A stretch of DNA of 64,000 nt. Source: a virus. Lineage: Duplodnaviria; Caudoviricetes. This document shows, in pieces, positions 47,631-57,267 of this stretch; position 1 is the stretch's first letter, and each line of letters begins with the position of its first letter. Position numbers and translations under genes: made by a program. The notes beneath the pieces were generated by a model that saw nothing but the letters and a program-made list of their open reading frames with translations, was not told where the DNA came from and ran no database searches. Location of the stretch: IMG/VR virus record IMGVR_UViG_2524614649_000001; one strand, 5' to 3'.

Positions 47631-47963
47631 ATGGTTGAGCCCGAAGCCCTCGTAGACAACAACGGCGACATCCACCTGCACGGCCGGCAGGGTGCAGTCC
47701 TTACGGTCGAGTTCACCGACATCACGGGCGCGCTCCGCAACATGGTCGGCACCACGGTGATGTTCGAGGTTGGCCCCAACATCAACGTCGCCCTGACGAA
47801 CGTCGTCGGTCAGCCCGCGCAGATGCAGCTGACGCTGACCCAAGCGAACGTGAAGGCGATCTACCAGTCCAAGATCAAGGATTTCATCTTCCTCGAGACC
47901 AGTGCCGCGCAGCCGACCCCGCTGTGGACCGGCGTCTGCTATGTGACTGGGTGGGTTGAATGA
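47631..47963 (+). CDS. Small virion or adaptor protein
   Basis: Beta-rich; precedes the fibre gene with ATGA overlap. Confidence 0.6.
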   Translation: MVEPEALVDNNGDIHLHGRQGAVLTVEFTDITGALRNMVGTTVMFEVGPNINVALTNVVGQPAQMQLTLTQANVKAIYQSKIKDFIFLETSAAQPTPLWTGVCYVTGWVE

Positions 47964-50095
47964 CCCAGATCACGCAGCAGGTCCTCGAAAAGGTTGTCGT
48001 CCAGCCGGGCAAGCCGCCGATGCGCGTCATGGTAGCCTACGGCACGGGCGCGCTCTCGGTTCTCGACGACGCCAGCGCCGCGGCTGACCGCACCTGGTCG
48101 GCCCAGAAGCTGATCGCCCAGTTCGCCGCGAAGGCCAACGCGGCTCACACCCACGCAATCGCAGACGTCACCGGGCTGCAGGCGGCACTCGACGGCAAGC
48201 TCGCCGCCGCAGGCGGAACCGTCACCGGCAACCTTACGGTCAACGGCACCTTCACGATGGGTGGCACGACCCTTTGGTCGACCTTTGGCCGCCTGTTCGT
48301 CGATGCGAACGCCGCGAATTATCGGGCCGTCAAGCATAAGTTCCAGCCCGCCGACGGGTCCACCACCTGGCTGCAAGCGGGCAGCGACGGGGTGATCATC
48401 GACGGGGGTGGGGCCTATAACCAGCCTTCGCTGAAGATTTCGAACAATGGCTCGGGCTACTCCGGTATCCAGGTCAGCCAGCAAGGCCAGGGTCGCACCC
48501 GCACGGTCGGATCGGTCACCGATTACCAGGCCTTCACTGACAGCTGGTATAATGGGACCGCGCTGTTCCTCGTCAACGGGACGCAGTTCTACGACACCGG
48601 CGCGGCCCATTACCATTTCCAGGCGGGGATGGGCGGCACGCTCCCGGTGTTCCAGCTGAAGAACGTCGTCAACGGGGCGACGGGCGATTTCCTCCGGGCC
48701 GTCGACAGCGCCGACGCGATCAAGTTCCGCCTCAAGGCGGACGGGGCCGCCGAGTTCGCGAGCGTTCAGGTCAACGACGTCGCCTACGGTGCGGGCTGGG
48801 CGGGCTCGCTGCTCGCCCCGACCCGCAATGCGGTCTACAACAAGATCGCGGCCCTTGAAGCGACCGTCAACGGCAAGATCGACAGCTCGCTGATCGGCGT
48901 GCCGAACGGCCTGCTGCTGACCGACGCGACGAACAAAATCCCGGCCAGCTACCTGCCGAGCTACGTCGACGACGTCCTCGAATACGCCAACTCGGCGGCC
49001 TTCCCGGCGGTGGGCGAGGCGGGGAAAATCTACATCTCGCTGAACGACAGCCACATGTGGCGCTGGTCGGGCAGCGCCTACTTCGACATGACCGCGGCGG
49101 CGTCGGGCGGCACGACCGCGACGTCGACCGACAGCCTGGCCGAAGGCGCGACCAACCTCTACTTCACCGTCGGGCGCGTGCGCGCGACGGCGCTCACGGC
49201 GATCGATGTGGCAACGACCGGTGCGGTCAGCGCAACCGACACGGTCCTGTCGGCGATCGGCAAGCTCGAGGCCACCAAGCTGTCGAAGGCTGGCGGCACC
49301 ATGACCGGCCTGTTCACGTCCAAGGCGTCGGCTGCCGGCGGCGCGGGTGTGAACCACCCGCACGGCGCGGACCCGACGGCCCCCAACAACGGTGACTTCT
49401 GGTCGACGACCGCTGGCTTCAAAGCCCGGGTCAACGGCGTCACCGTGACCTTCTCGGTCAACGGCCACACCCACGCCTGGGCGGACATCGTCTCGGGCAA
49501 GCCGACGACCCTCACGGGCTACGGGATCACCAACGGCGCCGCGCTCGACGCGACCGAAAACGTCTTCTCGGGCATCGGCAACTTCATCACGCCGAACGCA
49601 GGCACAACCGGCGGCCTTCGCCTGCGCGCGAACGCCACCTTGGGCTATGCGATCCAGCAGATGCTGTCTTCGGACGGCGCCACGCAGTGGGGCTACTGGC
49701 GCTACAACGCGACCGGCGACGCCGACTGGTATGGCACTGGCGGCCTGAAGTGGAATGGCAACAAAGTCGCGCTCAACAACCCGCAGCTGCCGGCCAACCA
49801 GGCGACGCCCGCGACGCTGACGCCCGACTTCGCCTACGACCAGATCAACGTCACGGCGCTGGCGAACGCTATGAACGTCGCCAATCCGACCGGCACGGCT
49901 GTGGACGGTTGGGGCATGGCGCTTCGCATCAAGGACAACGGCACCTCGCGCGCCATCACTTGGGGCTCCCAGTATCGCGGCATCGGCGGCGCGCTGACCG
50001 CGGCGACGACGGCTGGCAAGACCATGTATTTCCCGATGATCTGGAACGCTGCTGACAGCAAGTTCGACGTGTTCCCGCCGCAGATCGAACCGTAA
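47960..50095 (+). CDS. Fibre protein
   Basis: HTHAIADVTGLQAALDGK and HTHAWADI repeats, LSKAGGTMTG, YVDDVLEY..FPAVGEAGKIY; Gly/Ala/Thr-rich. Confidence 0.85.
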   Translation: MTQITQQVLEKVVVQPGKPPMRVMVAYGTGALSVLDDASAAADRTWSAQKLIAQFAAKANAAHTHAIADVTGLQAALDGKLAAAGGTVTGNLTVNGTFTMGGTTLWSTFGRLFVDANAANYRAVKHKFQPADGSTTWLQAGSDGVIIDGGGAYNQPSLKISNNGSGYSGIQVSQQGQGRTRTVGSVTDYQAFTDSWYNGTALFLVNGTQFYDTGAAHYHFQAGMGGTLPVFQLKNVVNGATGDFLRAVDSADAIKFRLKADGAAEFASVQVNDVAYGAGWAGSLLAPTRNAVYNKIAALEATVNGKIDSSLIGVPNGLLLTDATNKIPASYLPSYVDDVLEYANSAAFPAVGEAGKIYISLNDSHMWRWSGSAYFDMTAAASGGTTATSTDSLAEGATNLYFTVGRVRATALTAIDVATTGAVSATDTVLSAIGKLEATKLSKAGGTMTGLFTSKASAAGGAGVNHPHGADPTAPNNGDFWSTTAGFKARVNGVTVTFSVNGHTHAWADIVSGKPTTLTGYGITNGAALDATENVFSGIGNFITPNAGTTGGLRLRANATLGYAIQQMLSSDGATQWGYWRYNATGDADWYGTGGLKWNGNKVALNNPQLPANQATPATLTPDFAYDQINVTALANAMNVANPTGTAVDGWGMALRIKDNGTSRAITWGSQYRGIGGALTAATTAGKTMYFPMIWNAADSKFDVFPPQIEP

Positions 50096-50096
50096 C

Positions 50097-50498
50097 ATGA
50101 TGCCGATCCAGATGCTGCTGATGGCCAAGCGCGCATCGACAGCCCTCGACACCCAGACGGTTGTGGCCGGTTCGGTCGGCACGACGCCGAACCGCACCCG
50201 TGGCTTCACCTTGGGTGGCGTCGGCACCTGCACCGACGGCACCAGCGCCCTTTACGGCGAAGCGACCATCAACGGCATCTACCACGACGAAGCGACGAAC
50301 TCGCTCATCTTCGAAGTGGCGGGCGTCCGCGCCAACAGCGGCTGGACGACCATGACCATCAAAAATGGCGCGACTGTCGTTGCGACCGTCACGCGCGCGT
50401 CGGCGACATTCACCTCTCCGTCCTATTCGCGCTGGACTTGGGCAGGCGTGGCCAACCCCTGGACCAACGGCCAGAGCCGCACGGTCGAGTTCACATAA
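50097..50498 (+). CDS. Small beta-rich fibre-associated protein
   Basis: Follows the fibre gene; W.W..NPW C-terminus. Confidence 0.6.
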   Translation: MMPIQMLLMAKRASTALDTQTVVAGSVGTTPNRTRGFTLGGVGTCTDGTSALYGEATINGIYHDEATNSLIFEVAGVRANSGWTTMTIKNGATVVATVTRASATFTSPSYSRWTWAGVANPWTNGQSRTVEFT

Positions 50499-50563
50499 GC
50501 GGTGGATCGCGGTTGACGGCTCTTTCCTCGAAGGGGCCATCCCCCGCCGCGTAGGCGCAGGGT

Positions 50564-51703
50564 ATGAAGCGCCTCGAACTCACCCCCGAGCTGATCTCGC
50601 TGATCCACGACCGCGTCGGCCCCGACGTCGATACGGACGGCATCGCCGTTTTTGAGAGCATCTCGCTCAACAACCTGCCGCTGCCCGGCAAGAAGGGCAC
50701 GATCTGGGAAGGCGCGATCGCGACCCCGCTGACGCTGCGCCAGATCGCCGACCACATCAACAATGGCGGCCACATCCCGCTGGTCATGAACCATGACATG
50801 TCGGGCGTGCCCAAGGGCCGCGTGTTCCAGGCGGGCATCGACTACAGCTCGAGCGGCGACTTCGAGCTCCGCACCCTCTTCTACCTCGACAAGACCGAAG
50901 CCGAGATGGCGGCGAAGATCGATGCCGGCTCGATGGACGAGGTCAGCATCTCGTTCCTGCCCACCAGCTACCAGTGCTCGGAGTGTGACTTCGACTACCT
51001 GGGCGAGGGCGCGAACTGGGAGAACTTCTACACCCGCACCTGCTCCAACGACCATGAGGTCGGCAAGGATGGCGTCCATGTCCGCATGGTCGGCCTCGCT
51101 AGCCTCATCGAGTTGAGCTTGGTTGCCCGCGGTGCAGCCGACAAGCCTAAAATTGTTGGCCGCTCCACGTCAAAGCTCGCCCCCGCGTCTGCACAGCGTC
51201 TCGCTGCCGCAGGCTTCGAAATCGACGGTCTGGTTTGCCAGGCGTCTCGTGGAGAAAGCACACCGATGGACACGAATAAGCTCACTGCCGACCTCATCGA
51301 CGCCAAGACCCAGGTCGGCGTCCTGACGGCTGCGGCGACGGCGCATGAAGCGCAGCTCACCGCCGCTCACACCGCACGCGACGAAGCTCTCGGGCAGGTC
51401 GCGACGCTGACCGCCGAGCGCGACGAGCTGCAGACCAAGCTCACGGCCGCCGAAGGCGAAAGCCGCACGGCCGACGCTGAAGCCGCCGTCACCTGGCTCA
51501 CCGCCTCGCTGACCAAGCTGCTCACCGCGGCTGGCAAGACGGCCGAGAACCTGCCGACCGACGTTGCCGCGCTCACCGCCGCGATCGACGCCGAAACGCA
51601 GGGCCTCACCGCGCTCATTCCGGCTGGCGGCGCTTCGCAGCAGGCCGGTGGTGATGACACCGCTCCGAAGGCCGACCTCTCGGCTTTCAAGACCCGCAAG
51701 TAA
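50564..51703 (+). CDS. Prohead protease with C-terminal scaffold
   Basis: HD, EVSISF, ELSLV..GA protease motifs followed by an Ala-rich coiled coil. Confidence 0.85.
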   Translation: MKRLELTPELISLIHDRVGPDVDTDGIAVFESISLNNLPLPGKKGTIWEGAIATPLTLRQIADHINNGGHIPLVMNHDMSGVPKGRVFQAGIDYSSSGDFELRTLFYLDKTEAEMAAKIDAGSMDEVSISFLPTSYQCSECDFDYLGEGANWENFYTRTCSNDHEVGKDGVHVRMVGLASLIELSLVARGAADKPKIVGRSTSKLAPASAQRLAAAGFEIDGLVCQASRGESTPMDTNKLTADLIDAKTQVGVLTAAATAHEAQLTAAHTARDEALGQVATLTAERDELQTKLTAAEGESRTADAEAAVTWLTASLTKLLTAAGKTAENLPTDVAALTAAIDAETQGLTALIPAGGASQQAGGDDTAPKADLSAFKTRK

Positions 51704-51715
51704 GGGAGACCTAGA

Positions 51716-52108
51716 ATGTACGATCCCCGTAATGTTGTCTCGTTCGGTTTCCCGCTCGACGACTTCACGTTCACCTACAACCTGGCGGCCGGCACCGTCC
51801 TCGCCGACGTCGGCAAGGCGCTGTCGATCGACCCGACCGGCGCGAGCAAGATGAAGCTCGCCGGTGACGGCGACACCATCCGTGGCCGTCTGACCACGTT
51901 CGAAGACCGCACCCAGCAGGGTGCGGGCCTTAAGGGCGCTGTCCAGCGTCGCTTCAAGGAAAAGCTCCCGGCTGCGGCCGCGCACGGCATCGTGCCCGGT
52001 GACAGCGTCGTGGGCGCGGGCGGTGGCCTCGTGAAGAAGGCTGCTGGCGCGAACAACACCCTCGTCGTTGAAGCCGGCGCCGACTTCGTCGTCGTCGAGC
52101 TCCTGTAA
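51716..52108 (+). CDS. Capsid decoration protein
   Basis: Between scaffold and capsid; beta-tulip-like pattern. Confidence 0.75.
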   Translation: MYDPRNVVSFGFPLDDFTFTYNLAAGTVLADVGKALSIDPTGASKMKLAGDGDTIRGRLTTFEDRTQQGAGLKGAVQRRFKEKLPAAAAHGIVPGDSVVGAGGGLVKKAAGANNTLVVEAGADFVVVELL

Positions 52109-52123
52109 GAAAGGCTCAAGAAG

Positions 52124-53332
52124 ATGAAGACCCCGTTCCTCCTCGACCTCGCCCGTAACCGTCAGGCGGCCGACGTCGTCCTCGCGGGCCTCGACAGCCA
52201 GAACCCGGCCGAGAGCCTGGCCGCCGGCCAGACCCTCGTTGCCGCGGCGAAGAACCACGGCCTTGCCATGCGCGATTACCTGCGCCTGGCGATCGACCCC
52301 AATGCGGGCGAATACAAGGGCTCTGGTCTCAACGGCTACGAAGTCGCCCTCCATCACCTCGGTCTGCCTGTGCAGGACGACATGGACTCGGGCATCCTGC
52401 TTCAGGCGGCCGCCGAGACGTTCCAGTATCGCCCCGGCACCCGCGCGCTGTTCCCGGAAGTCGTCGATGACGTCGTCCAGTGGCGCTACCGCCAGGACCA
52501 GATCGAGCGCGTCGATGGCATGCTCGCCGGTAGCCGCGGTTCGGACGGCGTCGAGCTGATCACCAAGATCATCGACGACAAGGCCGACGACTACCAGGCC
52601 ACTGGTGTCATCGCCGAAGGCGCCCGCATCCCGATCCGGTCGCTGAAGACCGACCAGAAGTCGGTGACCTTCCACAAGTTCGGTGGTGGTTACGAGTTCA
52701 CCTACGAGTTCGAGCGTCGCGTTTCGCTCGACGTGGTGACCCCGTATGCCAACCGCGTGAACCGCGAGGCGGGTCTCGGCCAGGTGGGCATCGTCACCGA
52801 CCTGCTCATCAACGGCGACGGCGTGAACGGCGCGGCCTCGGTGACCAACGCTTCGGCGCTGGGTGCCGGCTATGTCGACCACGCGGCCATCAAGGCCGGT
52901 CGTATGAACTGGGAAATCTTCCTGAAGTGGCTGATCAGCCGCGCGCAGAAGGGCCTCCCGGTTGACACCGTGGTCGGTAACTGGGACATGTTCTTCGAGT
53001 GGGAGCGCATGTTCGCGACCCCGACCGGCCAGGGCATGACCATGACCGACATCCTCGCCAAGGCTGGCGTGGAAACGGCGATCGCCAACCCGCGCTTCAA
53101 CGCGAAGGTGAACTTCGAAGTCAGCTCGAGCGCCCCGGCCTCGAAGCTGATCGGCTTCATCCGCGGCGAAACGGTCGAAGAGCTCCGTGAAAACGGCTCG
53201 GACATCGAAGAAAGCGTCCGCGCGATCGAGAACCAGAAGGTTCGCTACGTCAAGACCGAGAACAAGGGCTACCGCCTGGTCTTCGGTGACACCCGCGACA
53301 TTCTGAACCTCGACGCGGTGGCTGCGGCCTAA
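52124..53332 (+). CDS. Major capsid protein (HK97 fold)
   Basis: Position, 402 aa, IAEGARIP and K.GG..E.TYE patterns; followed by a terminator. Confidence 0.88.
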   Translation: MKTPFLLDLARNRQAADVVLAGLDSQNPAESLAAGQTLVAAAKNHGLAMRDYLRLAIDPNAGEYKGSGLNGYEVALHHLGLPVQDDMDSGILLQAAAETFQYRPGTRALFPEVVDDVVQWRYRQDQIERVDGMLAGSRGSDGVELITKIIDDKADDYQATGVIAEGARIPIRSLKTDQKSVTFHKFGGGYEFTYEFERRVSLDVVTPYANRVNREAGLGQVGIVTDLLINGDGVNGAASVTNASALGAGYVDHAAIKAGRMNWEIFLKWLISRAQKGLPVDTVVGNWDMFFEWERMFATPTGQGMTMTDILAKAGVETAIANPRFNAKVNFEVSSSAPASKLIGFIRGETVEELRENGSDIEESVRAIENQKVRYVKTENKGYRLVFGDTRDILNLDAVAAA

Positions 53333-53357
53333 GTCCGCTTCCTTCGGGAACTAACAG

Positions 53358-53392
53358 GAACCCCGGGCCGTGAGGCCCGGGGTTTTCTTTTG
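53358..53392 (+). terminator. Intrinsic terminator after the capsid gene
   Basis: AACCCCGGGCC-GTGA-GGCCCGGGGTT-TTCTTTT. Confidence 0.9.
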
Positions 53393-53446
53393 CCTAATCC
53401 ACAGTCCAATCTGGGCCGTCTTGGCCGCCCATGCGTAGGTCGCGAC

Positions 53447-53767
53447 ATGAAGGAAATCACCGTCAAAACCAGCGGCAACTTCATGCTGCTCGATCGCACC
53501 TCCGGTCACGAAATTCTGCCCGGAGTTCCTACCACCGTCCCGCACACGGACTTCATTACGGAACGCCTCGAGCTCGGCCAGCTGGTCGAGACGGACGAGG
53601 AAGGCGTGACGGCACCGCCCGCAGTGCCGCCGGCCGATCCGATACCGACGAAGGCCGAGGCCGAAGCCGAAGCCGAAAAGGAAGCGGCTGCGAAGGCCGA
53701 AGCCGAAAAGGAAGCGGCTGCGAAGGCCGAAGCCGCCAAGGAGCCGACGAAGAAGGCCGGTAAGTAA
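53447..53767 (+). CDS. Small virion-associated protein with an AEAEKEAAAK repeat
   Basis: 30-bp tandem repeat at 53666-53735. Confidence 0.7.
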   Translation: MKEITVKTSGNFMLLDRTSGHEILPGVPTTVPHTDFITERLELGQLVETDEEGVTAPPAVPPADPIPTKAEAEAEAEKEAAAKAEAEKEAAAKAEAAKEPTKKAGK

Positions 53768-54471
53768 TGCGCTCGGGCGTGCCGCTTTCGCAGCTCGTCG
53801 AGTTCGACCAGGGCTTCCCCGACGGGGACATCCTCTGGAGCCTGCTCGACGCGCGTGGCCTGACGGTCGCGAGCGGAAGCGTCACGCCCGCCGCGGACAG
53901 TGTGTCCGCCATCATCTTCGTCTCGGGTGACGACAACACAATCGAACCCGGCCTACTGGCCAGCCCGCGCGAGCTGGCGTGGGTCTACACGGCGGGCGGT
54001 ATGGTCGTGAACGGCCGCCGCCGCTACCGCCTCGAAGCCTTTCTTCCGCTCGGCCTGTCGGAAGACGGCGTCCGCCGGAAGCTGGGCGTCGAGCCTCACG
54101 AGCTGGGCGACGAAGCGATCGACCTCGTCGGCGCTTACGGGCGCTTCCGCGAGACGGTCGGAGCCGACAACCTCACGGCAGTCGAGCTGGCCGGCGGGCA
54201 CGACGCCCTGCTGGTCTGCGACGCCATCGAGGCGTTCGCTGCCATCTCGCTTATCCCGTCGCTGCAGGTCAGCCTGGCCGCCAAGGAAGCGTCGGGCACC
54301 AACCAGTTCCAGCGCGCCACCATCAACTGGCAGCTGATCCGCGCGCAGCTTGAGGGCTACATCTCCGACGGCACCCTTGCCGCGGCGCCCGAGCTTGACC
54401 CGACGCTCAACACGGGCGCGCTCCTCGTGGTCGTCGTTCGCGATGACCCGGTGACAGGCACCACGGCGTAA
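53767..54471 (+). CDS. Putative head-tail adaptor/neck protein
   Basis: Position downstream of the capsid gene. Confidence 0.6.
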   Translation: MRSGVPLSQLVEFDQGFPDGDILWSLLDARGLTVASGSVTPAADSVSAIIFVSGDDNTIEPGLLASPRELAWVYTAGGMVVNGRRRYRLEAFLPLGLSEDGVRRKLGVEPHELGDEAIDLVGAYGRFRETVGADNLTAVELAGGHDALLVCDAIEAFAAISLIPSLQVSLAAKEASGTNQFQRATINWQLIRAQLEGYISDGTLAAAPELDPTLNTGALLVVVVRDDPVTGTTA

Positions 54472-54479
54472 GCTACACC
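54451..54479 (+). promoter_or_regulatory. Candidate sigma70 promoter for the lipoprotein gene
   Basis: GTGACA-N17-TACACC, preceded by GC as in alphaproteobacterial GCTANA -10 elements. Confidence 0.5.
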
Positions 54480-54487
54480 CCCGCGCC

Positions 54488-54781
54488 ATGAAAGCGCATA
54501 TCCTTGTCATCGCCCTGGCGCTTGCTGCCTGTCAGCAGGAGCCCCACCAACAACCTGTCTCGGCCGAATGGACACAGAGCGAGCTCGCCTTGATCTCGCA
54601 TGAGATCCAAGGCGGGATGTCGAAGCAGGATGCGGAGGCTTTCGTGCGAAAGGTGCGGGAGGTCCGCGCGCAAAACGCAACAGACCCGGCAGTCGCCCAC
54701 CGGGTGGCCGAACGCCAGAAAGACCTGGATAAGCTCGCTGCGATTGCCTGCAAGGAAGAGCCCTACCGCAGCGGTTGTTAA
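54488..54781 (+). CDS. Lipoprotein
   Basis: Signal peptide MKAHILVIALALAA-C (lipobox). Confidence 0.8.
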   Translation: MKAHILVIALALAACQQEPHQQPVSAEWTQSELALISHEIQGGMSKQDAEAFVRKVREVRAQNATDPAVAHRVAERQKDLDKLAAIACKEEPYRSGC

Positions 54782-55227
54782 GTCCCGGTGCGGAGGACCT
54801 CGACGCCGATCGACCGGTAATTCCGCACCTGCGTCTGGCCCATCGGCAGGACCTCGCAGTGGACGCAGACCAGCTCGTTGGTCTGCTCGACCTCGCCTGC
54901 GATCTCCTCGACCAGCGCGATCTTGCGCTTCTCGCCGAAGCGCGAGTGGATCATGTCGATGATGTCCGCCTCTTCGAGCAGGTTCGCGTCGTCGACGGTG
55001 GAGATGGTGAGACCGAACCGGACCAACCAGAGACCGCTATTCTCTTCGAACGAGAAGCCGTTGACTCCGAGCAGCGGCACGCGAGGCATCTTGTCCTCGT
55101 CCATGCGGCTCTCCCAAGCCCAGTATTGCAGATCGGCCTGCCCCGGCACGGTGGACTGAATGTCCTTGACCAGCTCGTTCACCGCACGGAGGACGGATTT
55201 GTAGAGGGTGCTGTAGAGCTTCGACAT
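54778..55227 (-). CDS. Putative tail terminator/completion protein on the opposite strand
   Basis: ATG at 55227 with AGAGGG RBS; alpha/beta pattern of gpU-like proteins (inferred). Confidence 0.55.
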   Translation of the reverse strand: MSKLYSTLYKSVLRAVNELVKDIQSTVPGQADLQYWAWESRMDEDKMPRVPLLGVNGFSFEENSGLWLVRFGLTISTVDDANLLEEADIIDMIHSRFGEKRKIALVEEIAGEVEQTNELVCVHCEVLPMGQTQVRNYRSIGVEVLRTGT

Positions 55228-55255
55228 CCCTCTGCGGTGATTGAAGGGTTTTCGC

Positions 55256-56209
55256 ATGTCCAGCTTCCGCCTGCGGTTCAGGTTCAACCAACAGTCGAAA
55301 GCCTCGACGAAAGGCCTCGGCGGGACGCGTGGCGGCGACAACTTCTCGCGCGTCATCGTCGAGGACGTGGCCTTCTCCTATTCGGAGGGTCTCTTCAAAA
55401 AGCTGAAGGCCGACATTGGCGGGCGCATCCACGGGGATGTGGACAAAGAGCTCGCCCACATGGCACGCATGTTCATGAGCGGCGTCGTCGGCATCGCCGG
55501 GCGCAACCGGGGCGCCACCGGCATCCTCACGGCCAAGTCGCCGAAGGCTGACATGTTCAACGAGAGCCTCTACGTCCCGGTGCGGTCGGTAGCCGGCACC
55601 TGGCCGCGTCGCAGCCCCGACTATCTGAAGTGGCGGAAGCGGCGTGAGGACGGGGGAGACCCGAGCTGGTTCCACCGTAAGGGCAACGTGCTGGCGAAGC
55701 TCGCCTCGGCGAAGACCTGGACCAGCGCCTACGGCGGCATCACCGTGACCGTGAAGCGGCACACGAGCTTCGGCCCGTCTGACCCGGCCGCCCGCGGCTT
55801 CAACACACGCCTCGGCGGGACCCGCGGCGGCAACGCGCGCGTCGGTGTCGCTACGATCCGCGTCGATGCAATGGGCGGGATCACCCCGGCGATGCTCCCG
55901 GCGACGGGGGGCGGCGCGCTAGGCGACTTCGGGGCCAACCCGCGCAGCAACGGTCTGCTCGACAAGCTCGGCGACGACATTGCCTACCGGCTCGGCGGTG
56001 ACCCGCTGCGCGTCCCGTTTCGCCCGACGGTCCAGCCGTTCCTGGCGTTCTTCCTGACGCGCCAGCTGCCGAACGCCGTCTTCAAGCGCATCGAGCAGGG
56101 CCTCGACGGCAAGCTGCTCAACGACAACACCGGCTCGGCCGGTCGCGCGTCGAAGGGGCGTTACTCGGAACGGTCGCTGTCGCTCAAGGATTACTCGCCG
56201 CGGCGGTAA
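55256..56209 (+). CDS. Putative neck/tail completion protein (basic)
   Basis: Basic and Gly-rich; position in the tail module. Confidence 0.55.
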   Translation: MSSFRLRFRFNQQSKASTKGLGGTRGGDNFSRVIVEDVAFSYSEGLFKKLKADIGGRIHGDVDKELAHMARMFMSGVVGIAGRNRGATGILTAKSPKADMFNESLYVPVRSVAGTWPRRSPDYLKWRKRREDGGDPSWFHRKGNVLAKLASAKTWTSAYGGITVTVKRHTSFGPSDPAARGFNTRLGGTRGGNARVGVATIRVDAMGGITPAMLPATGGGALGDFGANPRSNGLLDKLGDDIAYRLGGDPLRVPFRPTVQPFLAFFLTRQLPNAVFKRIEQGLDGKLLNDNTGSAGRASKGRYSERSLSLKDYSPRR

Positions 56210-56287
56210 TCCACAGGACGTCATTCACCGGCAACCACTGGCCACCGTAGGGCGGGTTCACCACTCGCAACCGGCCAAGGAGCCACA

Positions 56288-56524
56288 GTGTCCAAAAAGA
56301 CCCATCGCAGTTTCACCCTGCGCGTCGATACCGACTTCTACCTCACGCTCGCCGCGTCGGCGCAGGCCGAGGGCATCCCGCTCAACCAGCTGGCCAACCG
56401 GCTCCTTCGTCTCGGCATGGACAAGCACGTCTCGCTCGAGAAGGCCATCACCTCGCTGCTCCTCGACCGCATGGTTGACGACCCCGAACTCAAGGCCGCG
56501 ATCGCCGCACAGGTGCAGGCATGA
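56288..56524 (+). CDS. Ribbon-helix-helix (Arc/HicB-like) DNA-binding protein
   Basis: SFTLRVDTDFYLTLAASAQAEGIPLNQL; AAGGAG RBS. Confidence 0.85.
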   Translation: MSKKTHRSFTLRVDTDFYLTLAASAQAEGIPLNQLANRLLRLGMDKHVSLEKAITSLLLDRMVDDPELKAAIAAQVQA

Positions 56525-56949
56525 GCGCGATGACGGCCGGCGAGCTCAAGCGCCCGAGCCTCACGATCAGCATCAAGCTCGAGGACGAGACCGAGCAGAC
56601 GATCAAGTGGACGTACGGCTTGTCCCAGGACCTCCAGCGCGTTCTGCCCGACCCGGCCTCGGTCGTCGATGTGATCATGTCCGACCCGGTGACGCGCGAC
56701 TACATCATCCGCCGCTGCATGACGCCGCTGAAGCGCATGGTGACGGACACGGACAAGGACCTGCTGGCGTTCGAGGATTGCAAGCTCGACGACCCGGATG
56801 AGGTCGAGAAGCTGGTCCGTTGGGTCGCGGAGCACCTTCTGTATTTTTTCGCCATCTCGGCGGGGGGTCTGAAGAAGATCGGGGAGGCTCTCAAGGCCGC
56901 GACCAACCCGGGCCTACCCGACCCCTCGAAGACTGGTTCGCAGGACTAA
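56521..56949 (+). CDS. Tail assembly chaperone (gpG-like)
   Basis: Upstream of the tape measure gene; overlapped by a -1 frame ORF. Confidence 0.75.
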   Translation: MSAMTAGELKRPSLTISIKLEDETEQTIKWTYGLSQDLQRVLPDPASVVDVIMSDPVTRDYIIRRCMTPLKRMVTDTDKDLLAFEDCKLDDPDEVEKLVRWVAEHLLYFFAISAGGLKKIGEALKAATNPGLPDPSKTGSQD

Positions 56950-57239
56950 CCTTCGAGGACAGCATCTGCTGGGCCTACGGGGTTGATGAGGGGGACCTCG
57001 AAGACCTCTACTGGCGACTGAGCTTCTACGAGCTCGTCGCCAAGGCCCGGCTGAAGCTGGGCGAAATGCACGCAGTCCAGCTCTGCCACTACTCGGCGTT
57101 CGCCAAAGTGGTGAGCCAGGCGCTGGGTGGTGACGACGGGGACAGCAGCGGGCGTGACCCCGATCGGGTCAACCTTGCCGACGCGCCCACCTACGACGCT
57201 GCGATCGCAAACATCAACGCCGCGCTGGGATTTGGTTGA
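56844..57239 (+). CDS. gpT-like extension reached by -1 frameshift
   Basis: Open -1 frame with no good independent start; slippery T TTT TTC (56844) and G GGG GGT (56862). Confidence 0.7.
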   Translation, partial: FFRHLGGGSEEDRGGSQGRDQPGPTRPLEDWFAGLTFEDSICWAYGVDEGDLEDLYWRLSFYELVAKARLKLGEMHAVQLCHYSAFAKVVSQALGGDDGDSSGRDPDRVNLADAPTYDAAIANINAALGFG

Positions 57240-57267
57240 CGACTTTTTCCGGGACGTCGCCAAAACC

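Noticed and set aside
53666-53735. 30-bp tandem repeat as a regulatory or mobile repeat
   Set aside because: In-frame coding repeat for an AEAEKEAAAK linker
54488-54781. Lipoprotein as an o-spanin
   Set aside because: No adjacent i-spanin, holin or endolysin, and not Pro-rich; lysis genes are probably beyond the window
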